Positions 1 to 8,109 of a stretch of 32,000 nucleotides of DNA are shown here, piece after piece; position 1 is the stretch's first letter; each line of letters begins with the position of its first letter. The notes below the pieces were generated by a model. That model worked only from the letters and a program-made list of their open reading frames with translations. It searched no databases and had not been told where the DNA came from. The stretch lies in assembly GCF_018918265.1 (NCBI RefSeq), contig NZ_JAHLQC010000015.1, positions 57,137 through 89,136 of the forward strand, written 5' to 3'. A program made the translations under genes and the position numbers. Origin of the DNA: Falcatimonas sp. MSJ-15. Lineage in GTDB: Bacteria; Bacillota; Clostridia; Lachnospirales; Lachnospiraceae.

Positions 1-470
1 GAGTTAAGATAGGAGCAGATGTTCCATATTGTATTATGAGAGGAACAGCACTTGCAGAAGGAATCGGCGAGAAGCTTACACCTCTTAAAGCTGTACCTAA
101 GACTACAATTCTTATAGCAAAGCCGTCATTTGGAGTATCAACAAAGTTTGTATATGAGAATCTGGTACTTGATGAGAATACACCTCATCCTGATATCGAT
201 GGAATTATCGACAGTATTAATGAAGGTGATATATATAGTTTGTCAGACAGAATTGGTAATGTGCTTGAGACAGTAACAGCTAAGGAATATCCTCAGATTG
301 AAGAGATTAAGAATATAATGAAGCAAAATGGTGCACTTAATGCTCTTATGAGTGGAAGCGGACCAACAGTATTTGGTATATTTGATAACAAAGAAGATGC
401 TAATCGATGCAAACAGCTTTTAAAAGGGAAACTTGTAAAACAGGTATTTGTGACGGAGACATTTAATTAA
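1..470 (+). CDS. ispE: 4-diphosphocytidyl-2-C-methyl-D-erythritol kinase, C-terminal part (5' end lies outside the window)
   Basis: The frame is open from base 3 (VKIGADVPYCIMRGTALAEGIGEKLTPL...). GHMP-kinase motif MSGSGPTVFGIF lies near the C-terminus and the stop is at 468-470. The ATG at 36 in the ORF track is internal. Confidence 0.85.
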   Translation, partial: VKIGADVPYCIMRGTALAEGIGEKLTPLKAVPKTTILIAKPSFGVSTKFVYENLVLDENTPHPDIDGIIDSINEGDIYSLSDRIGNVLETVTAKEYPQIEEIKNIMKQNGALNALMSGSGPTVFGIFDNKEDANRCKQLLKGKLVKQVFVTETFN

Positions 471-528
471 TATATAGTGATACCTATGCATATCTAATGC
501 GATATATGTGAAAAGTTTAGAAACATAC

Positions 529-638
529 AAGCGGGATGATAATCCCACGATATGCGAATACCCAGTAGAATTGTGGGAGTGCGTAGCACGGAACAATTCG
601 TAGGCATCAAAGTCGGGGTTTTTGTCCCCGACATCATA
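529..638 (+). repeat. ~110-nt structured dispersed repeat, copy A
   Basis: 96 of 110 positions are identical, without gaps, to the reverse complement of 23531-23640. It contains the hairpins GGGAT-GATA-ATCCC, GAATTG..GTGC-GTA-GCAC..CAATTC and GTCGGGG-TTTTTGT-CCCCGAC. Confidence 0.85.
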
Positions 639-669
639 TAAATATTATAATAACAAGAGGAAAAATATT

Positions 670-1347
670 ATGATGGAAGACAGTTTAAAAGTAACAATTA
701 ATGAATATCTGCCACTTAGGGATGTAGTATTCAATACATTAAGGCAGGCAATTCTAAAAGGTGAGTTAAAGCCGGGCGAGAGACTTATGGAGATTCAGCT
801 TGCAAAACGTCTTGGAGTAAGCCGTACACCTATAAGAGAAGCTATAAGAAAGCTTGAACTTGAGGGACTTGTAGTTATGATTCCAAGAAAAGGTGCAGAA
901 GTAGCCAAGATTACAGAGAAGGATCTAAGAGATGTTCTTGAAGTAAGATGCACACTTGAAGAGTTAGCTGTATCACTTGCAGCATGCAATATCAAAAAAG
1001 AAGATGTAGCAGTACTTGAAGAGAAGAATAATGAATTTATCGAATCGATTGGAAGAGATAATGTTGTTGAGATGGCAGAAGCAGATGTTAACTTCCATGA
1101 TGCGATATATGCACTTACTGATAATGCAAGACTTATTCAGATTCTTAATAATCTCAGAGAGCAGATGTACAGATACAGATTTGAATATATTAAGGACTCA
1201 GATAAGAGAAAGACACTTGTAGAAGAACATAAGATAATAATAGAAGCACTTGCAAACAAAGATATAGAAGCAGTTAAAAAAGCAGTAAGACAGCATATCG
1301 AGAATCAGGAGAAGAATGTAATTAAAGCTATTAACACAACTAAGTAG
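670..1347 (+). CDS. GntR-family transcriptional regulator, FadR/FCD subfamily
   Basis: N-terminal winged-helix GntR signature (LRQAILKGELKPGERLMEIQLAKRLGVSRTPIREAIRKLELEGLV) plus a helical FCD-type C-terminal domain. I moved the start to ATG 670, preceded by AAGAGGA. The track start at 622 lies inside a repeat element. Confidence 0.85.
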   Translation: MMEDSLKVTINEYLPLRDVVFNTLRQAILKGELKPGERLMEIQLAKRLGVSRTPIREAIRKLELEGLVVMIPRKGAEVAKITEKDLRDVLEVRCTLEELAVSLAACNIKKEDVAVLEEKNNEFIESIGRDNVVEMAEADVNFHDAIYALTDNARLIQILNNLREQMYRYRFEYIKDSDKRKTLVEEHKIIIEALANKDIEAVKKAVRQHIENQEKNVIKAINTTK

Positions 1348-1443
1348 CTATAAGTTAATAGATTTAGAGAATATTCATGAAGATTTTATGGTAGTGAGTA
1401 TATCTTGCAGAGCATATACAAATGTATAAAAACAGATAGTAAG

Positions 1444-1485
1444 GCAGTCATATGAGGATAAAGGAATCTAATGATGACTGCTTTG
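1444..1485 (+). terminator. weak candidate terminator after the GntR gene
   Basis: GCAGTCAT (1444-1451) pairs with ATGACTGC (1474-1481) and is followed by TTTG. The loop is large (22 nt) and the U-tract is short. Confidence 0.3.
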
Positions 1486-1572
1486 CGTATATTATAAGTT
1501 AGATGTATACAAATTAGAGAAACGTCAATAATGATATTAGAATACATAATAATATCAGGAGGACGTAGAGTT

Positions 1573-2295
1573 ATGGGAAATGTGAGACGTATAATAGGAG
1601 CCTTTCTTATAGTATTTATACTTATAGTATTTTTTATGATGAAAGCAAGAGAGATGTCTTATGATAGCAAACAGACAAAACAGACTAGTGTATGTGTTGA
1701 GACGATGGCACAGAAGATATTAAGATTTCATATAAGAGCCAAGGACGATTCAGACAGTGAGCAGCAGTTAAAATTGTATGTTAAAGATTATGTTTTAAGC
1801 TATATGGGTGAGCTTACTAAAGATTGTGAGAACGTAGCTGTGGCAAGAGAAACACTTAGTGCAAAAATTGATGATATAGAGAATGTCGCAGACAGAGCAA
1901 TAGAGGAATATTATCTTGATAATGTATATATGGAATCTGATAATGCGATAAGCTATGAAGATTATATTAGTGAACATAGAGCCAGTGTATACATAGGACG
2001 GGAGTATTTTCCAGTAAAAATATATGGGGAATATACATTTCCACAAGGTGAATATGAGGCTCTTATAGTAGATATAGGTGCAGGTGATGGCAGAAACTGG
2101 TGGTGTGTATTATATCCACCACTATGTTATGCTGATGCTATTCATCCGGAAGAAAGTGATGATTCAAGACAAAAATTAAAAGACGTTTTAACAAATGAAG
2201 AATATGATATAATATTAACTAAAGCTAAGGACAAAAAGATAAAAGTACATTTCAAATATCTTACTTTTTTAAATGAACTGTTTGATATAGAGTGA
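1573..2295 (+). CDS. spoIIR: stage II sporulation protein R
   Basis: N-terminal signal/TM segment (IIGAFLIVFILIVFFMM). SpoIIR hallmarks are present: ILRFHIRAKDDSDSEQQLKLYVKDYVL and NWWCVLYPPLCY. I chose the start at ATG 1573, 9 nt after AGGAGG. Confidence 0.85.
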   Translation: MGNVRRIIGAFLIVFILIVFFMMKAREMSYDSKQTKQTSVCVETMAQKILRFHIRAKDDSDSEQQLKLYVKDYVLSYMGELTKDCENVAVARETLSAKIDDIENVADRAIEEYYLDNVYMESDNAISYEDYISEHRASVYIGREYFPVKIYGEYTFPQGEYEALIVDIGAGDGRNWWCVLYPPLCYADAIHPEESDDSRQKLKDVLTNEEYDIILTKAKDKKIKVHFKYLTFLNELFDIE

Positions 2296-2380
2296 TATAA
2301 TATATCGGATATTAGATTTAAAAGATAATTGTTAGTAATACTTTTGTTTTGTAGGAATTAGATGAGATAATAAAATATAG

Positions 2381-2409
2381 TTGAATATTTTTAAGAATAA
2401 GGTTAAAAT
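2381..2409 (+). promoter_or_regulatory. candidate sigma-A promoter for ddl-murI-DUF1934
   Basis: TTGAAT (2381-2386), 17-nt spacer, TAAAAT (2404-2409). Confidence 0.4.
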
Positions 2410-2478
2410 TAAATAAGGTGTATAAAGCACCGGGCAATAATTGTCTTACATATTGTGAGACAGAAAGAGGGTAAGATA

Positions 2479-3546
2479 ATGAGCAAGAAGAATATAGCAG
2501 TTTTGTTTGGTGGACAGTCATCAGAACACGAAGTTTCATGTGTATCTGTTCAGACTGTAATTGCTAATATAAATCAGGATAATTACAATATATTGATTAT
2601 AGGTATTACAAAAGAAGGTAAATGGTTAAAAGTTGATTCAGTTGATGATATCAAGTCAGGCGAATGGGTTAATGGTAAAGTATCAGCAGTTATATCACCG
2701 GATGCTACAATGAGAGGCGTTATCCTTATTGATGGCAATAAGACAACTGTTGAGAAGATAGATGTTGTATTCCCTGTTCTTCATGGATTATATGGTGAAG
2801 ACGGAACAGTTCAGGGTGTTCTTGAACTTGCAAGAATTCCATATGTAGGTTGTGGCGTTCTTGCTTCAAGTGTATCAATGGATAAGATATATACTAAGAT
2901 AATCGTAGATACACTTGGAATACGTCAGGCAGATTATGTAATAGTAAGAAAGAATGATCTTAATGATATGGATAGTGTTGTAGCTAAGATAGAAGCTAAG
3001 ATAGCATATCCTGTATTTATAAAACCATCTAATGCAGGTTCATCAAGAGGTGTATCAAAAGCAGAGAACAGAGAAGCTCTTATTGATGGACTTTATGAAG
3101 CAGCAAAGCATGACAGAAAGATTCTTGTCGAAGAGACTATTATCGGTCGTGAGATAGAATGTGCAGTCCTTGGAAGTGGTGAAGTAAGAGCGTCAGGAGT
3201 AGGCGAGATTCTTGCAGCATCAGATGCGACATTCTATGATTTTGATGCCAAATATAATAATGCTGATTCTAAGACAGTTATATCACCGGATCTTCCAGCT
3301 GAGACAGTTGAAAAAGTTAGAACAGATGCAGTTGAGATATTCAAAGCAGTAGATGGTTATGGATTATCACGAGTTGACTTCTTTGTTACAAGGGATACTA
3401 ATGAAGTTGTATTTAATGAGATTAATACACTTCCAGGATTTACAGCAATCAGCATGTATCCAATGTTATGGGAAGCAAAAGGAATTGGCAAGCCACAGCT
3501 TGTTGAGAAGTTAATACAGAGTGCGTTGGTAAGATTCGAAGGATAG
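2479..3546 (+). CDS. ddl: D-alanine--D-alanine ligase
   Basis: KKNIAVLFGGQSSEHEVS N-terminus, an ATP-grasp core, and the C-terminal EINTLPGFT motif. Start is ATG 2479 after GAGGG. Confidence 0.95.
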   Translation: MSKKNIAVLFGGQSSEHEVSCVSVQTVIANINQDNYNILIIGITKEGKWLKVDSVDDIKSGEWVNGKVSAVISPDATMRGVILIDGNKTTVEKIDVVFPVLHGLYGEDGTVQGVLELARIPYVGCGVLASSVSMDKIYTKIIVDTLGIRQADYVIVRKNDLNDMDSVVAKIEAKIAYPVFIKPSNAGSSRGVSKAENREALIDGLYEAAKHDRKILVEETIIGREIECAVLGSGEVRASGVGEILAASDATFYDFDAKYNNADSKTVISPDLPAETVEKVRTDAVEIFKAVDGYGLSRVDFFVTRDTNEVVFNEINTLPGFTAISMYPMLWEAKGIGKPQLVEKLIQSALVRFEG

Positions 3547-3559
3547 GAGAAAACGGGTT

Positions 3560-4378
3560 ATGAGTAATGATTCACCAATAGGAGTATTTGACTCAGGAGT
3601 TGGCGGACTGACAGTCGCAAGAGAGATTATGAGACAGATTCCAAATGAGAGAATTGTCTATTTTGGTGATACAGCAAGAGTACCTTATGGAAGTAAGTCA
3701 AAAGATACTATTATAAGATACTCAAAACAGATAATAAGATTTCTTCTTACACAGAATGTAAAAGCGATTGTTATTGCATGTAATACAGCCAGTGCTTTTG
3801 CACTTGAAGAATGTAAGAAGGAATTTGATATACCGATTATTGGTGTTGTAAAGCCTGGTGCGAAAGTTGCATCAGAAGCAACTAATAATGGAAGAATTGG
3901 AATTATTGGAACAGAAGGAACAATTAATTCTAAGATATATTCGGAATTCATCCATGAGATTAATCCTGACATCAAGGTATTTGGAAAACCATGTCCTTTA
4001 TTTGTTCCACTTGTAGAAGAAGGGCTTCTTAATGACCCTGTGACAGATGAGATTGCGTCAAGATATCTTAGTGAATTCAAAGATAAGGATATTGATACGC
4101 TTGTACTTGGATGTACACATTATCCACTTATAAGATCAACTGTAAGAAGAACAGTTGGAGATAAAGTTACACTTGTTAATCCGGCTTATGAGACTGCAAT
4201 AGAACTTAGACATCTTCTTGACAAGAAGCATATAGCTAATATTAAGGAATATGATTCACCAAGTCAGATGTACAAATTCTATGTAAGTGATGCAGCAAAG
4301 AAGTTTAAGGACTTTGCCAATTCAATATTACCATTTGATATTCTTACAACACAGCAGATTAATATTGACGAATATTAG
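3560..4378 (+). CDS. murI: glutamate racemase
   Basis: Motifs GVFDSGVGGLTV, IACNTAS and LGCTHYP carry the two catalytic Cys. Confidence 0.95.
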   Translation: MSNDSPIGVFDSGVGGLTVAREIMRQIPNERIVYFGDTARVPYGSKSKDTIIRYSKQIIRFLLTQNVKAIVIACNTASAFALEECKKEFDIPIIGVVKPGAKVASEATNNGRIGIIGTEGTINSKIYSEFIHEINPDIKVFGKPCPLFVPLVEEGLLNDPVTDEIASRYLSEFKDKDIDTLVLGCTHYPLIRSTVRRTVGDKVTLVNPAYETAIELRHLLDKKHIANIKEYDSPSQMYKFYVSDAAKKFKDFANSILPFDILTTQQINIDEY

Positions 4379-4399
4379 AAAGATTATTAGAGGTGAGAG

Positions 4400-4849
4400 A
4401 TGACAAAAGAAGTAATTATATCCATTTCAGGACTTCCGACAGATATGGATGAAGACGACTGTGAAGCTGTTGAAGTGATAAGTTTTGGTAACTATTATCT
4501 GAAGAATGGAAAACATTATGTAAAATATGAAGAAGTTAAAGAAAAACAGAATAAAGTCACAAGTTCTATGCTAAAATTTACTGATGAAAAAGTAGAGTTA
4601 AAGCGATACGGCGGACTTAGTGCCCAGATGGAATTTGAAGCAGGCGTTAAATATGTAACATGTTATCATACAGATTATGGTGATATTACAATAGGATTTG
4701 CTACTAATGAGATCGAGATTCATGAAGAAGAAGAGCTTATAGAGATAAGACTTGATTACAATCTTGAACTTAATGAAGAAGATGCCGGAAGATGTAACGT
4801 TATAATTAAGATAGTTCCACAAGGTAAAGAGTTTCGGTTGAGAAAATAG
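4400..4849 (+). CDS. DUF1934 (YwiB-like) beta-barrel protein
   Basis: The size (~149 aa) and sequence pattern (ISISG...GNYYLKNGKHYVKYEE...LKRYGG...MEFEAG...YHTDYGDITIG...IRLDYNLEL) fit DUF1934. There is a good RBS (GAGGTGAGAG). Confidence 0.6.
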   Translation: MTKEVIISISGLPTDMDEDDCEAVEVISFGNYYLKNGKHYVKYEEVKEKQNKVTSSMLKFTDEKVELKRYGGLSAQMEFEAGVKYVTCYHTDYGDITIGFATNEIEIHEEEELIEIRLDYNLELNEEDAGRCNVIIKIVPQGKEFRLRK

Positions 4850-4903
4850 AAGCAGGAGAGCTGACTTTGATAAAGTCTACATAGTAATATCTATGAGATG
4901 TTG

Positions 4904-5030
4904 TATATAAACTTAAAAGATAACAATATATAAGATATAAAAGACTATATATAAATTTAAAAGATAGCAATATGTAAGATATAAAAGACTATATATAAAC
5001 TTAAAAGATAACAACATATAAAAACCGGTT
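4904..5030. repeat. 44-bp tandem repeat, about 2.8 copies, with an internal ~22-bp sub-period
   Basis: TATATAAAC recurs at 4904, 4948 and 4992, giving a 44-bp period. The unit is TATATAAACTTAAAAGATAACAATATATAAGATATAAAAGACTA, with few mismatches between copies. The last copy runs into the terminator stem. Confidence 0.85.
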
Positions 5031-5063
5031 ACGATTATAAATCGCAACCGGTTTTTATATGTT
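5013..5063. terminator. bidirectional intrinsic terminator between convergent genes
   Basis: Perfect 18-bp stem: AACATATAAAAACCGGTT (5013-5030) pairs with AACCGGTTTTTATATGTT (5046-5063). A/T runs lie on both sides. Confidence 0.8.
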
Positions 5064-5106
5064 GTTAAAATGAACTAATAATGAACTGAGATTATATTAT
5101 TAGTAA

Positions 5107-5598
5107 TTAGTTTTTCTTTGACTTCTTTGAAGTTGTATCTTTTGCTTCTTCTGTTTTAGAAGATTTTTTAAATCTGTCGAAGAATTTCTTCTTCTTAGGT
5201 GGCTGGTTAGCTACTTTAACAGGTTTAAAAGATTTGAAGTTAGTAAGGTACATACCACTTATTGTACCTCTTCCTTCTGTCTTAACTGGAAGAGCATCAA
5301 ATATCTTCTCGTCTGCTATAAGTGTCATAATCTGAGGACCAATCTTGGCTTTGACAATAGGAAGTTTGGCCTTTCTTAAATATTTTGGTGTCTGTTCAAG
5401 CACAACTTTTGGAAGGTTGGCTTCCGACATCTTCATTTTTTTCTTGTCAATAATCAACATATTAACAGTCTGTGCAGCAGCTTCAATAGCCTCTTTCTGC
5501 GCATCTGCTTTTTTCATAGCTTTGCGTCCAAAGAAATACAGAACTCCAAGAATGATTAATAACACGATTATTATTCCTAGAATTATTTTCCAAACCAT
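5107..5598 (-). CDS. hypothetical membrane-anchored, lysine-rich protein
   Basis: One N-terminal TM helix (WKIILGIIIVLLIILGVLYFF) and a strongly basic C-terminal tail (PPKKKKFFDRFKKSSKTEEAKDTTSKKSKKN). I do not recognise a family. The RBS is weak. Confidence 0.6.
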   Translation of the reverse strand: MVWKIILGIIIVLLIILGVLYFFGRKAMKKADAQKEAIEAAAQTVNMLIIDKKKMKMSEANLPKVVLEQTPKYLRKAKLPIVKAKIGPQIMTLIADEKIFDALPVKTEGRGTISGMYLTNFKSFKPVKVANQPPKKKKFFDRFKKSSKTEEAKDTTSKKSKKN

Positions 5599-5739
5599 GA
5601 ATAAACCCCGCTGTTATTAGATACATAACAGCTTTCCTTTCTTAAATTATTATTGCATACTTACTCTAAAGTATAACTGATATTATTCATTTTAACATTA
5701 ATCTTACAAAAAAGAAATAGTATTTTTTGCTTATGCAGA

Positions 5740-6930
5740 TTACTTTAGATTCTTAATCGTATCCATAAGTGTATGCGCAACTTCACTCTTAGTCATTACA
5801 GGTAATGGAGTGAGAGTATCTTTGGTTATTAACGTTACTTTGTTAGTATCGATGCCAAATCCTGCACCTTCATCTTTAACATTGTTGGCTAATATCATAT
5901 CAAGGTTTTTCTTTTCAAGTTTTGTTCTTGAATTCTCGATCATATTCTCGGTTTCCATTGAGAATCCGACAAGAATCTGAGAATCTGACTTGTGTTCACC
6001 AAGATATTTTAGAATATCAGTAGTACGCTTAAGTGCAATAGACATATCGTCATCTGATTTTTTGACTTTGTTATCATAAGTGATGGCAGGTGTATAATCA
6101 GCAACAGCAGCTGTCTTAATGATATAATCCATGTCTTTGTAAGAATCTTTTACAGCTTCAAACATATCTGCTGCAGATACTACATCAACAACTTTGACAA
6201 ATGGTGGTGGTGTAATAGAAGTTTTGCCGCTTACAAGAGTGACATCTGCACCTCGTAACATACAGTCTCTTGCGATAGCATATCCCATCTTGCCTGTTGA
6301 ATGATTAGTTATATATCTTACAGGATCAATAGCTTCTCTTGTAGGACCGGCTGTTACAAGAACCTTTTTACCGGCAAGGTCTTTGTCATATTGAACTTCT
6401 CTTAGTATATAATCAAGAAGTACTGTCTCAGAAGGCATCTTGCCGGCACCTATATCACCACATGCGAGATAGCCATTGTCTGGTTCAATAACTTCCATGT
6501 CAAATCTTTTTAACTTAGCGATATTATCCTGAACGATAGGATTATAATACATATTAGTATTCATTGCCGGTGAGATAATCTTCTTGCATGGACATGCCAT
6601 AATAGTTGTTGTAAGCATATCATCAGCAATTCCATTGGCAATCTTACCAATGACATTAGCTGATGCCGGAGCTACAAGAACTACATCAGCACGCTTTGCA
6701 AGTGCAACATGCTCAACGCTATATTGAAAGTTACGGTCGAATGTGTCAACCAGACATTTATTGCCTGTAAGAGTCTCAAAAGTGATAGGATTAATGAAGT
6801 TGGTAGCGTTTTTAGTCATTAATACCTGCACATCACATTGTAGTTTTTTTAACATACTTGCAAGGTTAGCAATCTTATAAGCTGCTATACTTCCTGTTAC
6901 AGCAAGTACAATAGTCTTTCCTTTTAACAT
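5740..6930 (-). CDS. coaBC: bifunctional phosphopantothenoylcysteine decarboxylase / phosphopantothenate--cysteine ligase
   Basis: N-terminal flavoprotein domain (KTIVLAVTGSIAAYK, PAMNTNMY) plus a C-terminal DFP/CoaB domain (VTAGPTREAIDPVRYITNHSTGKMG). Confidence 0.95.
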   Translation of the reverse strand: MLKGKTIVLAVTGSIAAYKIANLASMLKKLQCDVQVLMTKNATNFINPITFETLTGNKCLVDTFDRNFQYSVEHVALAKRADVVLVAPASANVIGKIANGIADDMLTTTIMACPCKKIISPAMNTNMYYNPIVQDNIAKLKRFDMEVIEPDNGYLACGDIGAGKMPSETVLLDYILREVQYDKDLAGKKVLVTAGPTREAIDPVRYITNHSTGKMGYAIARDCMLRGADVTLVSGKTSITPPPFVKVVDVVSAADMFEAVKDSYKDMDYIIKTAAVADYTPAITYDNKVKKSDDDMSIALKRTTDILKYLGEHKSDSQILVGFSMETENMIENSRTKLEKKNLDMILANNVKDEGAGFGIDTNKVTLITKDTLTPLPVMTKSEVAHTLMDTIKNLK

Positions 6931-7037
6931 AGATTAATCATTCCTTTTTTTATTTAATAGTAGAATCTATACCATTTTATTAATAGTGAAATCATACAAC
7001 TATTTACTGTTTAATATTGTGTTGCAATTCACTATTA

Positions 7038-7682
7038 TTAGTTCTTATGTTGTCTGTTAATTTTAAGAAGAACTTTGCCTATTGCACAGGTAAGAATACC
7101 GGCAACAATAGCTTCTGGAACACCCTGAGTTCCGATTACTGTGAGAATTACACCATATAGTGTGTTATATGCGAGTCCTCTGGCACTTGCGTAAGAAGAA
7201 CCAAATAAGACAAATATACCATTCATTACAAGTAGTGTATTGGTAAGAGAACCTGCAACGCCTGCAATTACAAGAGCTGTAGCTTCGCCACCTTTTTTGC
7301 TGTTAAAAAGCTTTTTTATAAGTACAAATACATAGTAAGCAACTATACCAATGAGTATTCGTGGAACAAAGCATACAATAAGACTCTTAATTCCACCATG
7401 GACACCTGCTGCTGTATAGAATGGTGAAAATACGAATGATGTAAGGTTAGGATTAACAGTATTATTAATAAGGCTTGTAAGACCAAATATACCACCTAAG
7501 AATCCACCATATACAGGACCAAGAATAATGGCACCGATAATGACCGGAATGTGTATAATTGTTGCATTCATAAAACCGAGTGGAATATATCCAAGATAAG
7601 GTGTGAATGACATGATTAAGATAATGGCTGTGAACATGGCTGCCATTACAAGTTTGCTTGTTTTTAGTGACTGATTTTTCAT
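7038..7682 (-). CDS. panT: ECF transporter S component, probably pantothenate-specific
   Basis: Multi-TM protein with an ECF S-component look (FTAIILIMSFTPYLGYIPLG...ATIIHIPVIIGAIILGP). It sits directly upstream of coaBC on the same strand. Start is ATG 7682, preceded by AGGAGGAATTATAAA. Substrate assignment rests on context only. Confidence 0.6.
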   Translation of the reverse strand: MKNQSLKTSKLVMAAMFTAIILIMSFTPYLGYIPLGFMNATIIHIPVIIGAIILGPVYGGFLGGIFGLTSLINNTVNPNLTSFVFSPFYTAAGVHGGIKSLIVCFVPRILIGIVAYYVFVLIKKLFNSKKGGEATALVIAGVAGSLTNTLLVMNGIFVLFGSSYASARGLAYNTLYGVILTVIGTQGVPEAIVAGILTCAIGKVLLKINRQHKN

Positions 7683-7847
7683 TTTATAATTCCTCCTGTT
7701 ACTACTCTGCCTTTCGCAGATATAATACATATAGTTATGATGAGATAAGCTTTTGTTCTTTTGTAATTAATAGTACCTCTGGCCCGCATACCATGCCATA
7801 AAGCCTATACTGTAAGAACCTATTGCCAAATATCAGACATCACAGCT

Positions 7848-7876
7848 ATTATAACAGAATAGACTTAACCTAACAA
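7848..7876 (-). promoter_or_regulatory. candidate sigma-A promoter for panT-coaBC
   Basis: On the minus strand: TTGTTA (7876-7871), 17-nt spacer, TATAAT (7853-7848). This implies a ~158-nt leader. Confidence 0.5.
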
Positions 7877-7948
7877 TAATATCGGATTAAAAATAGTATA
7901 TGTATGAAAAAAAATAATAAAAAGATTGATAAAAATTTAACGAAAATA

Positions 7949-7977
7949 TTGCCAAAAAATTATCATTCTGCTATACT
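7949..7977 (+). promoter_or_regulatory. candidate sigma-A promoter for pncB
   Basis: TTGCCA (7949-7954), 17-nt spacer, TATACT (7972-7977). Confidence 0.45.
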
Positions 7978-8109
7978 AAGCCCATGTATTTAAGAAGTGA
8001 TAAAAATCTGGTAAAAGATAAGTATCTTTAAGCTAGAACTATCAGGAAGTATAAGATGCATAAGGGAATATAATAATAATTAATAAGAAGAGCAAAGGAG
8101 TTATATAGT

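Noticed and set aside
487-499. The 13-mer TGATACCTATGCA is found near both repeat copies (487-499 and 23901-23913).
   Set aside because: Exact 13-mers are expected a few times by chance in 32 kb on two strands. The orientation relative to the repeat differs between the two sites. I did not treat it as part of the element.
795-995. Antisense and alternate-frame ORFs from the six-frame track that lie wholly inside strongly supported genes. Examples: 795-995, 1016-1222, 1795-2046, 3685-4080, 4598-4822, 5345-5620, 8380-8750, 11851-12225, 13545-14097, 14662-14886, 15503-15763, 16035-16604, 16905-17096, 18940-19263, 20177-20410, 21338-21745, 22640-23287, 24177-24434, 26336-26560, 28713-28904, 29581-29934, 30621-30827 and 31401-31628.
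   Set aside because: They overlap genes with clear homology-type signatures. They lack ribosome-binding sites and have low-complexity or odd composition typical of shadow ORFs in AT-rich DNA.
1486-1572. Sigma-F-type promoter for spoIIR.
   Set aside because: GTATA pentamers are present (1486 and 1505), but neither is followed at 15 nt by a GG-containing -10 element. I could not support a call.
4904-5030. Tandem repeats considered as a possible CRISPR array.
   Set aside because: The units are contiguous with no unique spacers, there are fewer than three copies, and there are no cas genes in the window.
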